From positions 1,899,721 through 1,963,720 of the forward strand of contig CM120648.1 of assembly GCA_051362555.1 (NCBI GenBank): DNA of 64,000 nucleotides. The letters run 5' to 3'. The stretch is from Lingula anatina. Taxonomy: Eukaryota; Animalia; Brachiopoda. Of this stretch, positions 25,999-37,695 are shown piece after piece (position 1 is the first letter of the stretch; every line of letters begins with the position of its first letter). The translations under genes were made by a program, and so were the position numbers. The notes under the pieces were generated by a model, which was given only the letters and a program-made list of their open reading frames with translations, was not told the origin of the DNA and made no database searches.

Positions 25999-28900
25999 AA
26001 ACAGACTGCATTGCCTACTGAAGCTGTATTTTAGTCCCATGTTTCTCTCCTGTAAGTTTGAGAACAGTAAGTGACATGATTTTCCTTAAATGGTCATCAT
26101 GGAAGCAGTGCCCAAAATAGGAGTTTCTTCAAATTTTGATGCAATATTACATAATGTTTAACAGCTTAATGACCATCAATTTTTAATTATAAAATATTTG
26201 TATCACAGATATTCAGAAAATGTGACTAGCAAAGGTCTTCAGGCCCATGGAACTTCAAAGTCACGCCTTGAAAATGCCAAAATGTAAACAAGACAGCACT
26301 GTTCTGAAATGGGTTTATTTCCATTTTTAACACTTTTTTAACATAAAACAAAATAAACATTTTACTGCCATTTTTATTTGACCAACTAAGAAAATTGATG
26401 AGATGGGAAAAGTATCAATAGAACAGTGTTAAATGTCCAATTTCCTCCATTCTGAGATTCTGAACATAGTGGATGATTGAATCTGACAAACTGCAATGAT
26501 ATGAGTTTATTTCCATTTTTGACACTTTATTACACAATACATGATAGCAAGTTTACCATGTTTTTTACATAATCAACTAACAATGTTGTAAAGATGCAGG
26601 AAATATCAAACAAACACTTTTAGGCATCTTATTAGTTAAATAATGAGACTGTTAACATGCCTAATAATTGAATCTGAGAAAATGTGAAAAAAAAAGTATA
26701 ACTTCTAAAATAATGGCCCGATTATGCTGATTTTCGAACTCAACCTGCGTTTTAGTAAGATTGACCACTCCTGTGAGTATAATTACAATTGGCCAATCCG
26801 TTTTTCTTATATTGTGTTATCAGTGTTGCATTTATATTGAAAATAGTGAAAAAACAGCATAAATTACCTCAAAATGGCCCAATCATGCTGATTTTGGAAC
26901 TTGACCTGCGTATTATGAATATCCATCAGTTCTGTAAGTTTCAAGTCAAAAGGTAAAATGGTTTTCCACTTATCGTGTTATCGGTGTTGCATATATGCTG
27001 AAAAAAGTGAAAAAACGGCATAAATTACCTAAAAGTGACCCGATCATGCTGGTTTTCGAACTTGACCTGCGTATTATGAATATTCATCAGTTCTGTAAGT
27101 TTCAAGTCAAAAGGTAAAATGGTTTTCCACTTATCGTGTTATCGGCGCTGCATATATGCTGAAAAAAGTGAAAAAACAGCATAAATTCCCTAAAAGTGAC
27201 CCGATCATGCTGATTTTCGAACTTGACCTGCGTATTATGAATATTCATCAGTTCTGTAAGTTTCAAGTCAAAAAGTAAAATGGTTTTCCACTTATCGTGT
27301 TATCGGTAAAAGTGCACGCCGACAGCGACGACAGACGCAGATGATGGCTATATGTACAGACACATCTGTGTCTGTACATAAAAAATCAATTTATTAAAAG
27401 ACAGCAAAGCTGTCAAATGTAAAGACAAAATTCAGAATTTAATGGTGAACAAAATAGGTTATTTGGACTATTTTGGTGCCATAATTCATTATAAACAATT
27501 AATCTAAAATAAGTCAAGCACAATGATGACTGTACTATCTTTCCAATGTAAATATGAATAAAGACAGCATAATCATAAAGCACATGCATTCTGAAATAGC
27601 CAGGTCTTCTCACCAGAGGGCATCACATAGGGGGCGTCTCGATAGTCCGAAGGTCCGAAAAGTGGTAACATTTTCATCGATTTTTTAATCAAAGGTTCAT
27701 TGGTCCGAAGGTTCTATAGTGAACATTCTGACCAATGAACCTTCGGACTATTGAACCTTCGGACTATCGCTACGGCCCCATCACATATAGTGCTATAAAA
27801 ATAACGTCTGCACACTAGATACAAAATTCCAGTAAAAATGTAATAAAATCCATTTTACCACCAACACGGTGGTTATCACAATTATTCTGAAATTTGTGCT
27901 TGCCATGTGACCACATGGACCTTAACAGATGACTACCCTTCATAATAATCTCTAATTGAAAGAGATCATTATTTAATATAAGGCAACTGACTATGAATGT
28001 TGGAATAGATTCATTAACTATTTGTTAGTATGGAATTATTGGTGTTTAGCGCAGTAAAATCTGTTTTATGGCACTTTTCTTACCAAAATGAAGAATTGCT
28101 ATCTAGTCTAATCCCTATGATCTATAATAAGGATAGCAAGTCTTCATTTAGGTAGAAGTAGTTGTAAACAACAATGTGTTAATCTACATCCATGTGCACC
28201 TTGTTCTGCTACTACCAGTGACCAGAACTGGACCAACTGCCAAAGATGCACTTTAAATCAAATCAAGCTGAAGCAAAAGTTTAACATGCATAACTAATAT
28301 TTTGTGTCAATTAGGTGGCCAATTCTGAAAAAATAAATGTTTATATATTTGGGATTTTTTTTTATCCACCTGACAAAAATTACCCCCCCCCCACCCCATT
28401 CCCCCCTGTACTTACCTGGTAGTCCTTACGTGACACATTAGGAACCTCCATGTTATGGGTCGAAGGACATATATCTTCATATTTTTTGCCAGTAAAAATG
28501 TCCAGGCCAACTAAATGAACCTTGAAAAGAAACAAGAAGTTAAATTAATAAATAAATAAAATAAAAATAATCTTTCCATCTATACAACTGACCTAACTTA
28601 CATATATGGTACTAATTGGGACAGACTAGTTTTTTCATTTGATATATATGTATACCATTTCTTGTCAACTTGTTTTTTTTTTCAATCTTTGTTTTGCCCA
28701 AAATGGAGCACTTTTAATTTTCCTTTCTGCTATTCACTTTCAGACCAATTTGACAAAACAAAAATTGGTCTTCGAAATACTATAATACAGGTTAAATCTA
28801 AAATGGTCCGCTAACAAGAAGTGGTGATTGGTCAGATACATTTATAATTTTTTTCTATTTTTATAGACTATTCAACTCCCTTTACTCAAGTATTTGTAAA

Positions 28901-29147
28901 CTTTCAGTTCTGTGTAATCTGCCTTCGGCGAAAAAAAAAAAAAAAAAGCCTTCAACTGCAACTTATCTTGTACCTTTGCATGCCCGTGCTTCCCAGTCTT
29001 GGAAGTTGACATGTCGACAATTTTGCATGGTTTGCCCTTCAACATCACATGACCATTCTTACGCAGAGCCGAGCATTGCATGGGATACGTCTGTGAGGCC
29101 CCAGAGCCCGCCTGGTGAAATTCTTCATCATGAAACTCATCTGCCAT
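23477..29147 (-). CDS. EIF5A: Eukaryotic translation initiation/elongation factor 5A (164 aa)
   Basis: Coding exons 29147-28974, 28520-28416, 25421-25278 and 23548-23477, all phase 0. Hypusine loop [12 protein letters not shown] and [29 protein letters not shown] are present. Intron positions match vertebrate EIF5A. Confidence 0.97.
23924..25225. mobile_element. Non-autonomous DNA transposon, hAT5-like (14-bp TIR, 5-bp TSD), in the last eIF5A intron
   Basis: Perfect TIR CAGTGTTTCCCCTG ... CAGGGGAAACACTG flanked by TAGAT on both sides (23919-23923, 25226-25230). Subterminal CGCCTCGC repeats. Confidence 0.85.
25523..27385 (+). mobile_element. Helentron-like non-autonomous element (HINE) with internal tandem arrays, in an eIF5A intron
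   Basis: 5' end AACAAGGCAGCAAAGCTGTCAAATGTACAGAC. Perfect 14-bp-stem 3' hairpin TATGTACAGACACA-TC-TGTGTCTGTACATA (27351-27380) whose right arm is complementary to the 5' ATGTACAGAC. Internal ~340-bp duplication (25583/25920) and a ~160-bp array of about 4 copies (26680-27310). Confidence 0.7.
27630..27779. mobile_element. MITE with 8-bp TSD, copy 1
   Basis: GGGGGCGTCTCGATAGTCCGAAGG ... CCTTCGGACTATCGCTACGGCCCC flanked by ATCACATA on both sides. Confidence 0.85.
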
Positions 29148-30652
29148 TTTGGTTTACTGAAAGAGATATAAGAACCAGAAATAACTTCACTTTGACTTCC
29201 ACTCCTACATGTTCTGACAAACTTAAAACCCTTAAACTGTTCATAAAAAATGCCATTTTGTGGAATTTCTGCAGCATTTTTCTTTTCCGTTTTCTAATCA
29301 CATCTACACTCTATTCAACATATCAATATTCATACTATTTTTAATTTAACAATTTAGTTGTAATGAACACTGTGATATTTTGGCTACCATTTCTTCTTGT
29401 TCATTTCACACAAAAATATCATTATCAGGTAATAAGAGAGATTTTAAGGTTTTAAAGGTCTTGGTTGGGAAAGGTTACTAAGTATGTAGAAACTGGAGAC
29501 ACAGAAAATGTGAATATAGGGCAATTTAAAACACATGTGTATCTCTAAAGTAATCTTAGGCATATTTTTGCAAAAATATTACATAAAATGAATGTGGGAC
29601 CTTCTTAAAAAAACCCTTTGTATTTATACAGCAAATAAATACTGTTTTTCATATTAACCAAAGCTTTTCAAGTACTCTTAAAAAACAGGGGCTGTAACAT
29701 GGTTCATTGCATCCATCTGCTTCTTTTATCAATATTGAAACACCGGATCCTTATTGTTATGAATACCAATTTGTGTTCACATTAACTAGAACATCTAGTA
29801 GCACCCCATTTCTTTTCTGTAACAGTATACAGACCAATTATAACAAAAATGTATCAGTTTTAACATGACCCCAGAGAAGTAGTGTTTAAATAAAAATAAA
29901 AATCCAACTTTTGTAACTTCAGGAAAAAATTAAAAGACATGATGAACATCCATAACCTCTGCAACCTTTTCTACTACAAGGTTGTGATAATCTGCATATA
30001 TCATGCACTATCAGAAAGAATTGTCACATAACCTCCTTTGTTGATTTGCCTTTGTCTGTGACAACATAATTCATAAAAAGTAAACATATTGACATTCTTT
30101 AGTGAGAATAACTAGAGGCATCGACCAAAACCACCTAACAAATCAATAATTTCACTAGCCTAATACTCGACCATACTTGCCTTCACATAAACAGAGCCGC
30201 AAACACACAAGGTATTTTAATTATCGTTACCAAAATATCTTATCTCTTGGTTTTGTTTCGAAGAATTCGTGTGATTACACCATCACCCGCAACTACCACA
30301 AATAACACCAACTTAAGAACGTTTTTCATTGCCACATCAGTGTTTTATAACAAGAGACCAATGCTGCTTAGTTTTTGGTTTAAGTTTAAGAAAATGACAA
30401 AACACGTGTGTTACTAATTTAACTGATACCTGCGATCTCTCAACCTCACCCATGCAAATGAATCCATGTGTCATCCAAGATGGCCGACACGTGCAATATT
30501 CACGTTTCTAAGAACTTTAAACCCAAGTCAGCAACTTAATAGCCCACAGACAAACTCTAGAATACCAATTTACTCGACATTAAGCTTAAGTCTTCTCCAG
30601 TCTTTTCATTTTACTGTTAAACATATCAAAAATGTTAAATCAAGTTACTCAC

Positions 30653-30730
30653 GTGCGTTATGGTCACAAACTGGAGAAAAAGAGGCCGGTTACGCATGCG
30701 CACCACGTTACTAGGCTGCCCTCTAGAGGG
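30653..30730 (-). promoter_or_regulatory. eIF5A non-coding exon 1 and core promoter: TCT/5'TOP-like initiator, NRF1-like and CTCF-like sites
   Basis: Minus strand reads CCTCTAGAGGGCAGC...TGCGCATGCGTA ACCGG CCTCTTTTTCTCC AGTTTGTGACCATAACGCAC|gtgagt. The donor at 30652 can pair with the acceptor at 29157. Confidence 0.65.
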
Positions 30731-32530
30731 GTACAGTGTATTAACATTAACCGTGTGGCCACAAGGCCTTTCCGTCGGTACGCTTTTTCTTTTAAATCGG
30801 ATTAAAATGTTCTGTAGACCACAACTGACTGTAAAACGTATGTGAAAAATATCCTTGTGATAAATATAATAAAATAAAGTGTTGTTATTGCCACAGAAGA
30901 AGTTTTTTCATTGACCAAACAATTGGTATTTTTTATCATTTATCCAACGTATTTTAAAAAAGGATTGGTAATTTAGAAACGACGTACAATTCCCTCAATC
31001 CCTAGAGGAAAGAGAAGATAATGAGCAAATAAATCATCATATTTTTTTCTGTATTCATTGCTGCATTTCCCACTAGGTAAATATAATAATAATAATAACA
31101 TAAATAGCATGAATTTACTTTTCTTTATTCACCACTCTGATAAATACATTAATAGCAACGACGTCCCACATCACACTTCTAATCCATAATATTGATATCA
31201 TATTGACACTGATCTTAAACGATATCGCACTTTAAACTTTCATATGTTTGACCGTAGCAAACATAAACACATATTGATATTGGCAATCCAAGCTCATTAC
31301 TGATGCCCCATTCAGCCCATCGCCATCAGCAGTCGGGCAAATTTGCCCCCACCTCCATCCACGTTCAAAAAGAAAAGAAAAAAGAAAAGAAGAGAATTGA
31401 AATGAAAAGAAACAAAGCACTCTGAGGCCAATAAAAAGACGTTTCTTACGATGTAGGATAGCGTCTGAGTTCTGGGTGCGAGTACATGTATATGCCCTAC
31501 TCCTCCATACCACTCCCAAATAACGCGCGGTACTTATATAAGGAGTGAATCAAAACAGTGCCAAGTTTTGTCTCGTTTCGATCTTATACATGTACGACGA
31601 TTTGAGACAAAACTAAATATTTTTTCCACGAAAGAAATGATGAAGAAAAGTAATAATGAAATAAAATGAAATTAAAAAGCAGCTGATAATGAAATATTTT
31701 TGTTTCTTTCTCCAACCCTTAGTAAAATGATAGCCCTGATAGGCCAATAGTAGGTCTACTGGTCATTCTCAAGCAGATCTACATGTAGATCTCTCCCTCC
31801 CCCCCTCTCTCTCACACCCTTTTTTTTCCTTGCTTAAACATATTAAACCAATTATCAATTGCTTTATAAAAACATACATTAGTTTTTTAGGCTGATTGTT
31901 GATGGAAATTTGAGTTTTAAAAGATTTCAATGACACCTTTTTCTTTCTATTTTATTCTTTTTTCTTACTTGAATTCTTTTTTGTATGTCTATTTAGGTCG
32001 ACCATAAGAGCTTTCATGTGAGATATTCAACCACGATTTTTTTTATGCAAGTCAGCCCGTTTTCTTTCTTTTTTTTCCTTTCATTTTTTTAAATGTAGCT
32101 AAACTGCTAATTCCGTCCGGTTTTCATGTGTGAAAAACACTGAGAATTTGGCCTAATATATATTAGGCCTATATTAGGCCTAAAACATAAATAAAAACCC
32201 AAGCATAGCCTAGTTCTGAGTTGCATTCATTGTTTATTCTTTAAGCGTTGTAAATTGGTCAGCGAAGAGGTGAAGTAGCTATAGAGCTTTTATTCAACCC
32301 GTTTTTTTTTTTTAGTTTAGATTATGCTACCCTTCCCCTTCCCCTTCCTTGTACGAGGTATTAAGATTACGCACAGAAGCTAAACATATGTAAGTTTGTC
32401 CTTAAAAAACTTCATTTGTGCTTTAAATACTATATCTTACCGTTTTGATTTGAAAAAAAATTACACCCGATCTACTTTCGACTTTTTTTCCATGTCCGTT
32501 TTCAGGCACAGAGTTCGTTTCGTTTTACCG

Positions 32531-32647
32531 ACTTCCGATTCCTTATTCGGCACGCCTCCACTATTGACCAATCAGAATGGAGCATGTGCAACTTTGTCCA
32601 ATCAGCGCGCAGAGATCGGGCGTTCAGCAGCATGCGGCAGCCATCTT
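32531..32647 (+). promoter_or_regulatory. YBX proximal promoter: ETS site, two CCAAT/Y-boxes 30 bp apart, YY1 site
   Basis: ACTTCCG at 32531, TTGACCAATCAG at 32564-32575, TTGTCCAATCAG at 32594-32605, and GCAGCCATCTT at ~32637. All lie 80-200 nt upstream of the ATG. Confidence 0.65.
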
Positions 32648-32728
32648 CACAGAGAAGAGAACAAAGAGAAAGAGCTGCAGAGTCCAGTGTCGTGGACAAC
32701 TTTTAACATCAGTTTTACCATCAGGGCC

Positions 32729-35700
32729 ATGTCTGAGGCCGAAGAAACACCACAAGAGAAGCCCGCTGCGACCGAGAAAAGGGTCATCGGTATGAAATTT
32801 GTTGATTTCTCATAGTTTTTGAGATTTTACCGGTTTAAAGGGATGCACGTGTATGGTGACCTGACCGGGCGAAACGGTACAAATACTGAAGCAGTGAAAA
32901 AGCTTATCCGATCTGCATTGAGTAATAAATATCGTTGCAAAATTACCCAAAAAAATTTATTCATCATAAATATTTGAAAATGCATTTAATGAATTTACAA
33001 CGCTTTGCTTGCCGGTGCACAGTTATTGGTTACTATTATTGTATCACTATCAGTAAATGACCTGACCTAGATTATTTTATTAGTTTCATTTTTTTTTTAT
33101 TTTAGAAAAATAAAATGCAACTTAGACACGGTTAAATTAACTTACAAAATACTGTTTGTTTGGTAAAGGATAAATTTATTTAAAGTTAATTAAGATTTAA
33201 TCAGGTATTGATATTTAGTGAATATATTTTTTTTCAGCAACTAAGGTCGCTGGCACTGTGAAATGGTTCAATGTAAAGAGCGGGTATGGCTTCATTAATA
33301 GGTAAGATAATTTTGTAAACAAAGGAGAACAAGAGGCTGATTACTCTTAAATATAATATGTCATAAATTTTTTTAAGGAAAAAATCTTCCTTTCAGGGCT
33401 TCTTACTACATTTGTTCTTTTTTCTTTCTTTCTCTTTTCATTTCTCCCGTATAAGAAGCTAAGGTGATCTGGTGTAAACTTAAATGGAAAATGGCTAAAA
33501 ATGGTTCAGTCCATTACAAATGCTTTTTTGTAAGTATTCAGAACAAAGTTCTTGCTGGTGGAACAGATTGGAAAAAAGTTTTAAAAATCTGTGCGAGTAT
33601 CTGTTGTTTGTACAAACTAAAAGAAAATATATACAATTTTTTTTTTTCAGAGATGACACCAAAGAAGACGTGTTTGTCCACCAAACTGCCGTCATCAAGA
33701 ATAATCCAAAGAAATACCTTCGCAGCCTGGGGGATGGTGAGAAAGTGGAGTTTGACGTGGTAGAAGGAGAGAAAGTAGGTGGTTTTGTACCCAGATACCT
33801 TTTTGTAAAGTTCAATGTCTTAATGTTATCTATATGAGTGGGTTTTGTGAATGTTTGTCTTTAATGCCTGGAACCCTTTTCTTGTCTGATAGATAAGGCT
33901 GAAGTCCACTTTGTCTCAACTTATAACAGGCACAAAATGATATTGTGGTTACCTATTAATATTATCTTATAAAACTGATGCCCATATGGCAGTGTGTGTG
34001 TTTGTGTGTGTGTGTGTAAATATAAGAATGAGAAAGTAGTTCATTGAGGCTGTTTATGCACGTCAGATTTCTACCTTTGCTGTAGGGCAATGAGGCTGCC
34101 CAAGTCACTGGACCGGAGGGAGCAGCTGTGCAGGGTAGCAAGTATGCTGCTGACCGCCGTCGGTACAGGGGATACTATAGAGGTCGAGGAGGACGCGGGC
34201 GTAGGCGCATGCAGGTCAGTTACTGCAATTTTTTTTTTTAAGTTTTGTGAAACTTTCTAATAAAATTGGCCAACATGTGCTTTGTAAAGTAGATGCTTTA
34301 AGATTTAACAAGAGAGAAGAGGGATTTATTTATGTAACTTCTTTATATAGATATGGTAGTCCACTAAAAATGATAATTCAAGAAGTCTTGTGTGCAGGGA
34401 CAATTTCAAACTGGAAATCAAGGTGTGAATTTCACACATCCTAGCTACCCAATGAGAGTGCCTTGGTCAGCTCATTTGGCAACTGTCAGACATATTCCAA
34501 TTTTGTGCATAAGTTTCAGATTGCCTCTCTCTGCCTGTCTTGGCTTGTGTCAAAATCTTTGTGGTACTTTCTGTAAGAACATTTTTAAATCGTGTTGGAA
34601 ACGAAATGGTTTTAATCAGTTTTGTCTCCCAGTTCAGACCAAATGGCTGTCTGGTGGGTGTAGATGAGTATTGTTGATGTCACAGTGCTATCAGTGAAGC
34701 ATGTGTTAGTGTTATTGCTGGTTTACTCCTAGGAGGAAGGAGAAGAAGGTGAAGAAGGCCAGGGAGAGGAAGGAGAGGGGGAAGAGCATCGCCCGCCCAG
34801 GCGCCGTCCCTTCCATCGCCGTGGACGCGGCAGAGGACGTGGTCGTGGCTACGGTTACCGTGGAGGACGCAGAGGACCACCTAAGGGTGAGGGAGAAGAA
34901 GGACAGGAGCATGAAGATGATGTAAGTGAACTCTTTTTGTTTTGTTCTGCTCTGTTGGTGGATCAGCTTTCTACAAGTTGCATCATGCAGTTTTTCTTTC
35001 TTTCTCAGTGTTGTTACCAGGAAAGAGTGAACAGTTCAGTAGTAATGAGATAAGTCTAGCAGATTCATTCAGATATTGTGGTGGTGTCATTCCTTTTTGA
35101 CCCCCTTGCAGACGTTTGTGCTTGCATTTTTAGGGTCTCGTATAAAAGGTCCACACTATGCCTCTTTACCAAGAAACCAATGCCCACCACAAACTCTGGA
35201 TAGTGTTGTTTTTCTATCACTCCTGAATGAATGAATGTAATTGATGTTAATGGAAAACACTAGTTTATGAAAACTTATTTTGCATTTGATGAGTGGGAAG
35301 TGCATGCTTATATTTACTGTTTCCCCAGGGCCATGTTGAAGGAGAAGAGGGTGAAGAGGGGCAACAACCAAGGCGTAGATACTATCGCCGCTACTATGGA
35401 GACCGAGGCTACTATAGGGGGCGAGGTCGTGGGAGAGGACGGGGACGTGGAAGAGGACGTGGCCGTGGTGGACAGAACCAGGGTGACCGAGATCAGGGTG
35501 ATGATCAGGTAAATTTATTTTTTAGAAATTAAGTCTTTTGGTTGAAGCAGGTGATTTCTAAGATAAATGAATACCTTATTCTTTGGTGTCTTTACAAGTT
35601 TGTTCATGTATTTTTTTCTTCTAGCTGAGGAAAATGAAAAAAAAATTGTTTTGTCAAATTGATAACTGTAGAATCCCACTGAAATATACTAACGTCTTCT

Positions 35701-35943
35701 AACCATGCAACTTAACATATAAAGTTAAATAAGAATTGGCAGTTGGTTTTATCCCAACAATTAGACTTCAAATACATATTTTACTTTGTAGTAATGCTTC
35801 TTTACCACATTTATTTATTCCAAATATTTTGTTGTTCTCACCCAACCTGCACTGTGTTACAGGGTGGCCATGCCGAGAATGGGGATGGAGGACAGGAGAT
35901 CCTCAAGGAACCATCTCACCAGGATGGGGAGACCACTGTGTAG
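32729..35943 (+). CDS. YBX1: Y-box-binding cold-shock-domain protein (co-ortholog of YBX1/2/3), 275 aa
   Basis: Exons 32729-32789, 33238-33301, 33651-33774, 34086-34214, 34733-34921, 35329-35508 and 35863-35943. Cold-shock domain [71 protein letters not shown], followed by alternating acidic and RG-rich blocks. Candidate polyA signal AATAAA at 36791. Confidence 0.97.
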
Positions 35944-37695
35944 ACAGTCCTCACCAGGCAGAGCCACCCCTCAAAGCAGCAATAAAAGATGGCATTGAAC
36001 AGAGCTGCTGTAGTGGAAACATCGTAGTAGACTTGCTTGAATTGAAATACCTTCAAATTGACAGGTTGTTTATGAGGTACATCAGTTTTTGGCCTTTTGA
36101 ATTCTGTTAAGGATTTTTTTTCCTTATTTGGGGGGAATAAGAATTTTATTCCCATTATATTTGAAGGCTGGAACTGGAAAAAATGTTGCCTCATAGAAAA
36201 GCTGACAATTTTTGTTACAATTGCAACCGTATGAAGAATTGAATAGTTATTCTAGCCCTAAATTTCAAGAAACATTTGGAGGGCCTTTTTCATCAGAAAT
36301 TTGAATTTATTGACAATTATTACAAGGAAACGCCTTAACAACATGTGACAACCGCAAGCGTTTGGAGCCCTAACATCATTTGGCAAAATTACGCCATGCA
36401 TGAGACCAAGATATTTGCATGTAAAAAAAGTTGAATTTAACATCAATTGGTCTTTACTTTTGTTTTTATATTTTTTGATATGTTCGTTAAAAAGATTCTG
36501 TTTAGAATCTGTATTCAAAGTATTACTTTTAAAAAAAATGAAAAACTGTTTACAATATAGAAAACCTCTGTTGTAAGCATTGTTGGTATGGTGTCACCTT
36601 GAATGACAATGCTTTAAATCTTTGTCAGCAGTCCAACCTTTATTTGTAGAAAATCTTTTATTTGCATATTATTATCAATGATTTTTTTCTTACCGAAAAA
36701 GGATGGATGGAAGACGAAAATGTAATATGCTTGAAAAGTTAGTTTGTGTAAAGATTTATGATGGCAACATCTGGCTATGAAAATGTGAGCAATAAACTAT
36801 TGCACACCACTTTCATGTCAATTTTGTTTTTTCTACCCCCTCTCCCACTTTTCTGTCTTCCGTTATTTATATATTTGAAGCGAGCTTGGATAACTGTAAC
36901 ACATAGAAACCACTAGTCATTTCTTATACAACTAAAGCAAAGTTAATCCCTCATTCAGCCAAATGACTTGTAGAATGATTGTAGCTTCACAATTTGAAGC
37001 TTGAGGACTTTGTTTCAAGAATTAAGTTTTATTTAAAGTACATACAAAATATTATCAGTTGATCCTTACCAGCAGGACCTCAATGATTCATTTACTTGAC
37101 ATATATTTCCAGGAAATAATTAATCATACCTAAACTGATGTAAACAATCTAATCCTGCAAAATCTGCATTAACTAGACAGCAAGAAATCCACATTTAGAT
37201 AAAATTAATTTTAAAAAAAATCTAAATAGATGCGAGCACAATAAAGATAATTCAGTTACTACATTATTTTTTGCTGTACTACCTACAAATAATATTTAAC
37301 ACAGGAACAGACTTGAACTGTCAAAGATAAGATTCAAATAAGAACAGAGATAAAATTTACAAAAACTTCCTTGTAAAAATATATAAATATGCCTTCTTGT
37401 AGTAATGAATGTTATCTCACTAAAAGGGATCAAAGGTTTGCGCGTCATTGACTGATCTTTACTTGTCAGGCTTCATAACAGCAGCTGAACATTTTGCCTT
37501 CCACTAGTTTGTCTTAAGCTAAAAATCAAATACTAGTAGCTACTATTTCTCGGTTGTGTAACTGACAAATATTTTGATATTTAAACTTGACTACTGGTAC
37601 GTGCATCTCGAATTTATCATGGTCCACAGCATGACCAAAATTTTGCTCTTAAATACACAATGATCCACTTTTTGTCTTGAGTTTGTTTAGCTGTG

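Noticed and set aside
25655-26105. ATGATGA (C-box-like) motifs in an eIF5A intron suggesting snoRNAs in a TOP host gene
   Set aside because: No suitably spaced CTGA D-box or terminal stem was found, and the motifs lie inside the duplicated transposon sequence.
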